Positions 61,699-64,000 of a stretch of 64,000 bases of DNA are shown here, in pieces. This stretch comes from a bacterium (GTDB taxonomy: Bacteria > Patescibacteriota > Microgenomatia > Daviesbacterales > UBA10151), in assembly GCA_021786315.1 (NCBI GenBank), contig JAJYNN010000002.1, forward strand, positions 398,997 to 462,996. The letters run 5' to 3'. The notes under the pieces are model-generated. The model ran no database searches, was not told the DNA's origin, and worked only from the letters and a program-made list of their open reading frames with translations. Made by a program: the position numbers and the translations under genes. Numbering within the stretch: position 1 is the first letter of the stretch; each line of letters starts with the position of its first letter.

Positions 61699-64000
61699 AT
61701 GCCGCTGAAACGCTTGCATGGAGGCTACTCCAATCATTCTTATTCCCGGGCGAAGTTTTTATCTAAATTCTCCAGTTTTACTTTGGCCGCTATCTTAATA
61801 TTCCTGGTGCTTTGTGTGATTGGTGTGGTGGTATTTATGTTCCAGGTCCCCTCTCCCCAGTCGCTCTCTAACCGGGATGTGGCCCAAGCCACAAAAATTT
61901 ACGACCGTAACGGGGAGCTCCTTTATGATATCTTTCAAAATGAAAACCGGACACCGGTTAAGCTTAACGACGTTCCCCCTTATGTAAAACAAGCCACAAT
62001 TTCTATTGAGGATAAAGACTTTTATAAACACCAGGGTTTTTCCGTAACCGGTATTATCCGCTCCATGCTCGATTTGGTTATCCACCGCCAGGTTGAGGGA
62101 GGAGGTTCTACCTTAACCCAGCAGCTGGTCAAGAATGCGCTGCTTTCCCCGGAGAGAACAATTACCCGAAAAATTAAAGAATTTATTTTAGCTATTCAGG
62201 TTGAAAGAGCCTATTCCAAGGACCAGATTTTAGAAATGTACCTTAATGAAATTCCTTATGGTGGTACGGCCTATGGTATCGAAGCGGCAGCAAATTTGTA
62301 TTTTGGCAAGCACGCCAAGGATTTGGATTTAGCGGAAAGTGCGCTACTCGCCGGGCTTCCCCAGATGCCTTCTGTTTATTCCCCTTATGGGACTCACCCG
62401 GAGCTTTCTAAAGTCCGGCAGGCGGAGGTTTTGCGCCGGATGGAAGAGGATGGGTATATAACGAAGGAACAAGAAGCAGCCGCTAAAGCGGAAACCTTAA
62501 CTTACCGAACATCACAAAATGAGCTTGGCTTTAAAGCTCCCCACTTCGTGCTTTATGTTAAACAAAAGTTAATCGAACAATATGGTGACAAGATGGTGGA
62601 ACAAGGCGGGTTAAAGGTTACCACAACTTTGGATTACAAGTTACAAGAAAAGGCGGAAAAAATTGTTAAGGATGAGATCGGTAAGCTAAAGGCTGACCAT
62701 GTAGGCAACGGAGCGGCGGTAGTGATGAACCCTCAAAATGGGCAGATCTTAGCTTTAGTAGGCAGTAAGGACTACTTTGGCAAATCCGAACCTGATGGTT
62801 GTGAGGAAGGCAAAACATGTACCTTTGAACCAAATGTAGATGCTGCATTGTCTCCGAGGCAGCCGGGATCGGCAACTAAACCGATCACCTACTCAGTTGG
62901 TTTGCAGAAGGGTTATACTGCGGCTACAGTTTTAATGGATGTGAAGACAGAATTTCCCGGAGGTGCCGGCCAGCCGTCTTACATGCCGGTTGATTACGAC
63001 GGCCAGTGGCATGGACCGGTGGAGGCACGTTATGCGCTGGGTAACTCCTTAAATATTCCCGCTGTGAAGATGTTGGCTTTGGCCGGAGTAAAAAATGTGA
63101 TGGATTTAGGATTTAGAATGGGCCTTTCAACCTGGGAGCCGACTGACGAAAATATCAGCAGTGTTGGGCTTTCTCTGACCTTGGGCGGTCGTGAAGTAAG
63201 GCTGTTGGATTTGACCTCGGCTTACGCTGTTTTTGCTGATGCCGGTGTCAAGCAAGAACCCATTTCTATCTTAAAAGTTGAAGATTCTAAAGGTAAAGTT
63301 TTATATGACTACAAACAATCTGATGGCACTAAAGTTTTGGATCCGGGAATAGCCTTCATTATTTCTAATATTTTATCGGACAACGGCGCCCGAACTATGG
63401 CTTTCGGAACTAACTCTGTTTTAAACATTCCCGGTAAAACAGTTTCAGTAAAAACCGGAACTACTGATGAAAAAAGGGATAACTGGGCTGTAGGATTCAC
63501 TCCTTCTGTGGTGGTTGGTGTCTGGGTAGGAAATAATAACAACGATAAGATGAATCCGGCTATTGCTTCCGGTATTACCGGGGCTTCCCCGATTTGGCAA
63601 AAAATCATGACGGCGGCCCTAAAGGACAAGTCGGATGAAAAACCGCAGCAGCCGGATAACGTTTCCTATGTTGATGTGGATGGCCTAATGGGAGGAAAAC
63701 CTCACGACGGTTCACCGACCAGGAAGGAGTATTTTATTAAGGGCACTGAGCCAACCAATACGTCTTGGGCTTACCAAAACCAAAAGGTTTGTCAAAATAA
63801 TCCTCACAGGCTGGCAAACGACGGTGAACCGGCAGACCAAAAAGATGTCATTGTCTTGAAAGAGGATGATCCAACAGGTGCCAATAAATGGCAGGCTGGA
63901 ATTGACCAGTGGGTGCTGACGGCTCCTAATCCGCTTCTAGTAGGTATGGGCCGGGGTTGTAACGGAATTCCCGGATTTTCCGGTGGTTCAACGGGTGGAG
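61699..64000 (+). CDS. Class A penicillin-binding protein (PBP1A family), runs off the window end
   Basis: Hand translation: TKIYDRNG, EDKDFYKH, GGSTLTQQLVKN, RKIKE, RQPGSATKP, KTGTT. Confidence 0.93.
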   Translation, partial: MPLKRLHGGYSNHSYSRAKFLSKFSSFTLAAILIFLVLCVIGVVVFMFQVPSPQSLSNRDVAQATKIYDRNGELLYDIFQNENRTPVKLNDVPPYVKQATISIEDKDFYKHQGFSVTGIIRSMLDLVIHRQVEGGGSTLTQQLVKNALLSPERTITRKIKEFILAIQVERAYSKDQILEMYLNEIPYGGTAYGIEAAANLYFGKHAKDLDLAESALLAGLPQMPSVYSPYGTHPELSKVRQAEVLRRMEEDGYITKEQEAAAKAETLTYRTSQNELGFKAPHFVLYVKQKLIEQYGDKMVEQGGLKVTTTLDYKLQEKAEKIVKDEIGKLKADHVGNGAAVVMNPQNGQILALVGSKDYFGKSEPDGCEEGKTCTFEPNVDAALSPRQPGSATKPITYSVGLQKGYTAATVLMDVKTEFPGGAGQPSYMPVDYDGQWHGPVEARYALGNSLNIPAVKMLALAGVKNVMDLGFRMGLSTWEPTDENISSVGLSLTLGGREVRLLDLTSAYAVFADAGVKQEPISILKVEDSKGKVLYDYKQSDGTKVLDPGIAFIISNILSDNGARTMAFGTNSVLNIPGKTVSVKTGTTDEKRDNWAVGFTPSVVVGVWVGNNNNDKMNPAIASGITGASPIWQKIMTAALKDKSDEKPQQPDNVSYVDVDGLMGGKPHDGSPTRKEYFIKGTEPTNTSWAYQNQKVCQNNPHRLANDGEPADQKDVIVLKEDDPTGANKWQAGIDQWVLTAPNPLLVGMGRGCNGIPGFSGGSTGG

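Overview
Bacterial chromosomal window, code 11. The gene set (type IV pilus locus with no secretin, F-ATPase, archaeal-type TyrRS, Ehr complex, DUF5663) points by inference to a Patescibacteria/CPR genome, probably Microgenomates. Contents in order: two papain-like peptidases, gyrB, holB-like, a 15.6 kb type IV pilus locus with 12 pilin-like genes, trmD-khpA-rpsP-rnc-acpP-like-nusB-rpmF-recG, a 1621-aa membrane protein, tyrS, and an atp operon whose atpC lies 17 kb from atpD. That 17 kb accessory tract holds an ABC exporter, small cargo genes and an Ehr complex that has lost its metal ligands. The window ends with tRNA-Tyr and a class A PBP. Most unusual signals: (1) pairs of mutually complementary 7-8-nt tandem arrays, one pair bracketing a four-helix-bundle gene and four 'empty' pairs at pil and atp genes; (2) a five-copy covarying palindromic element, two copies in frame inside proteins; (3) a duplicated, synonymously diverged atpD 3' end bracketing a cargo gene; (4) an ACP without its phosphopantetheine serine and an Ehr without Ni or most Fe-S ligands; (5) a C1-G72, short-arm tRNA-Tyr matched to archaeal-type TyrRS; (6) a uORF/anti-SD leader on an ABC exporter; (7) widespread leaderless gene starts. 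All family calls come from motif recognition; no searches were run.
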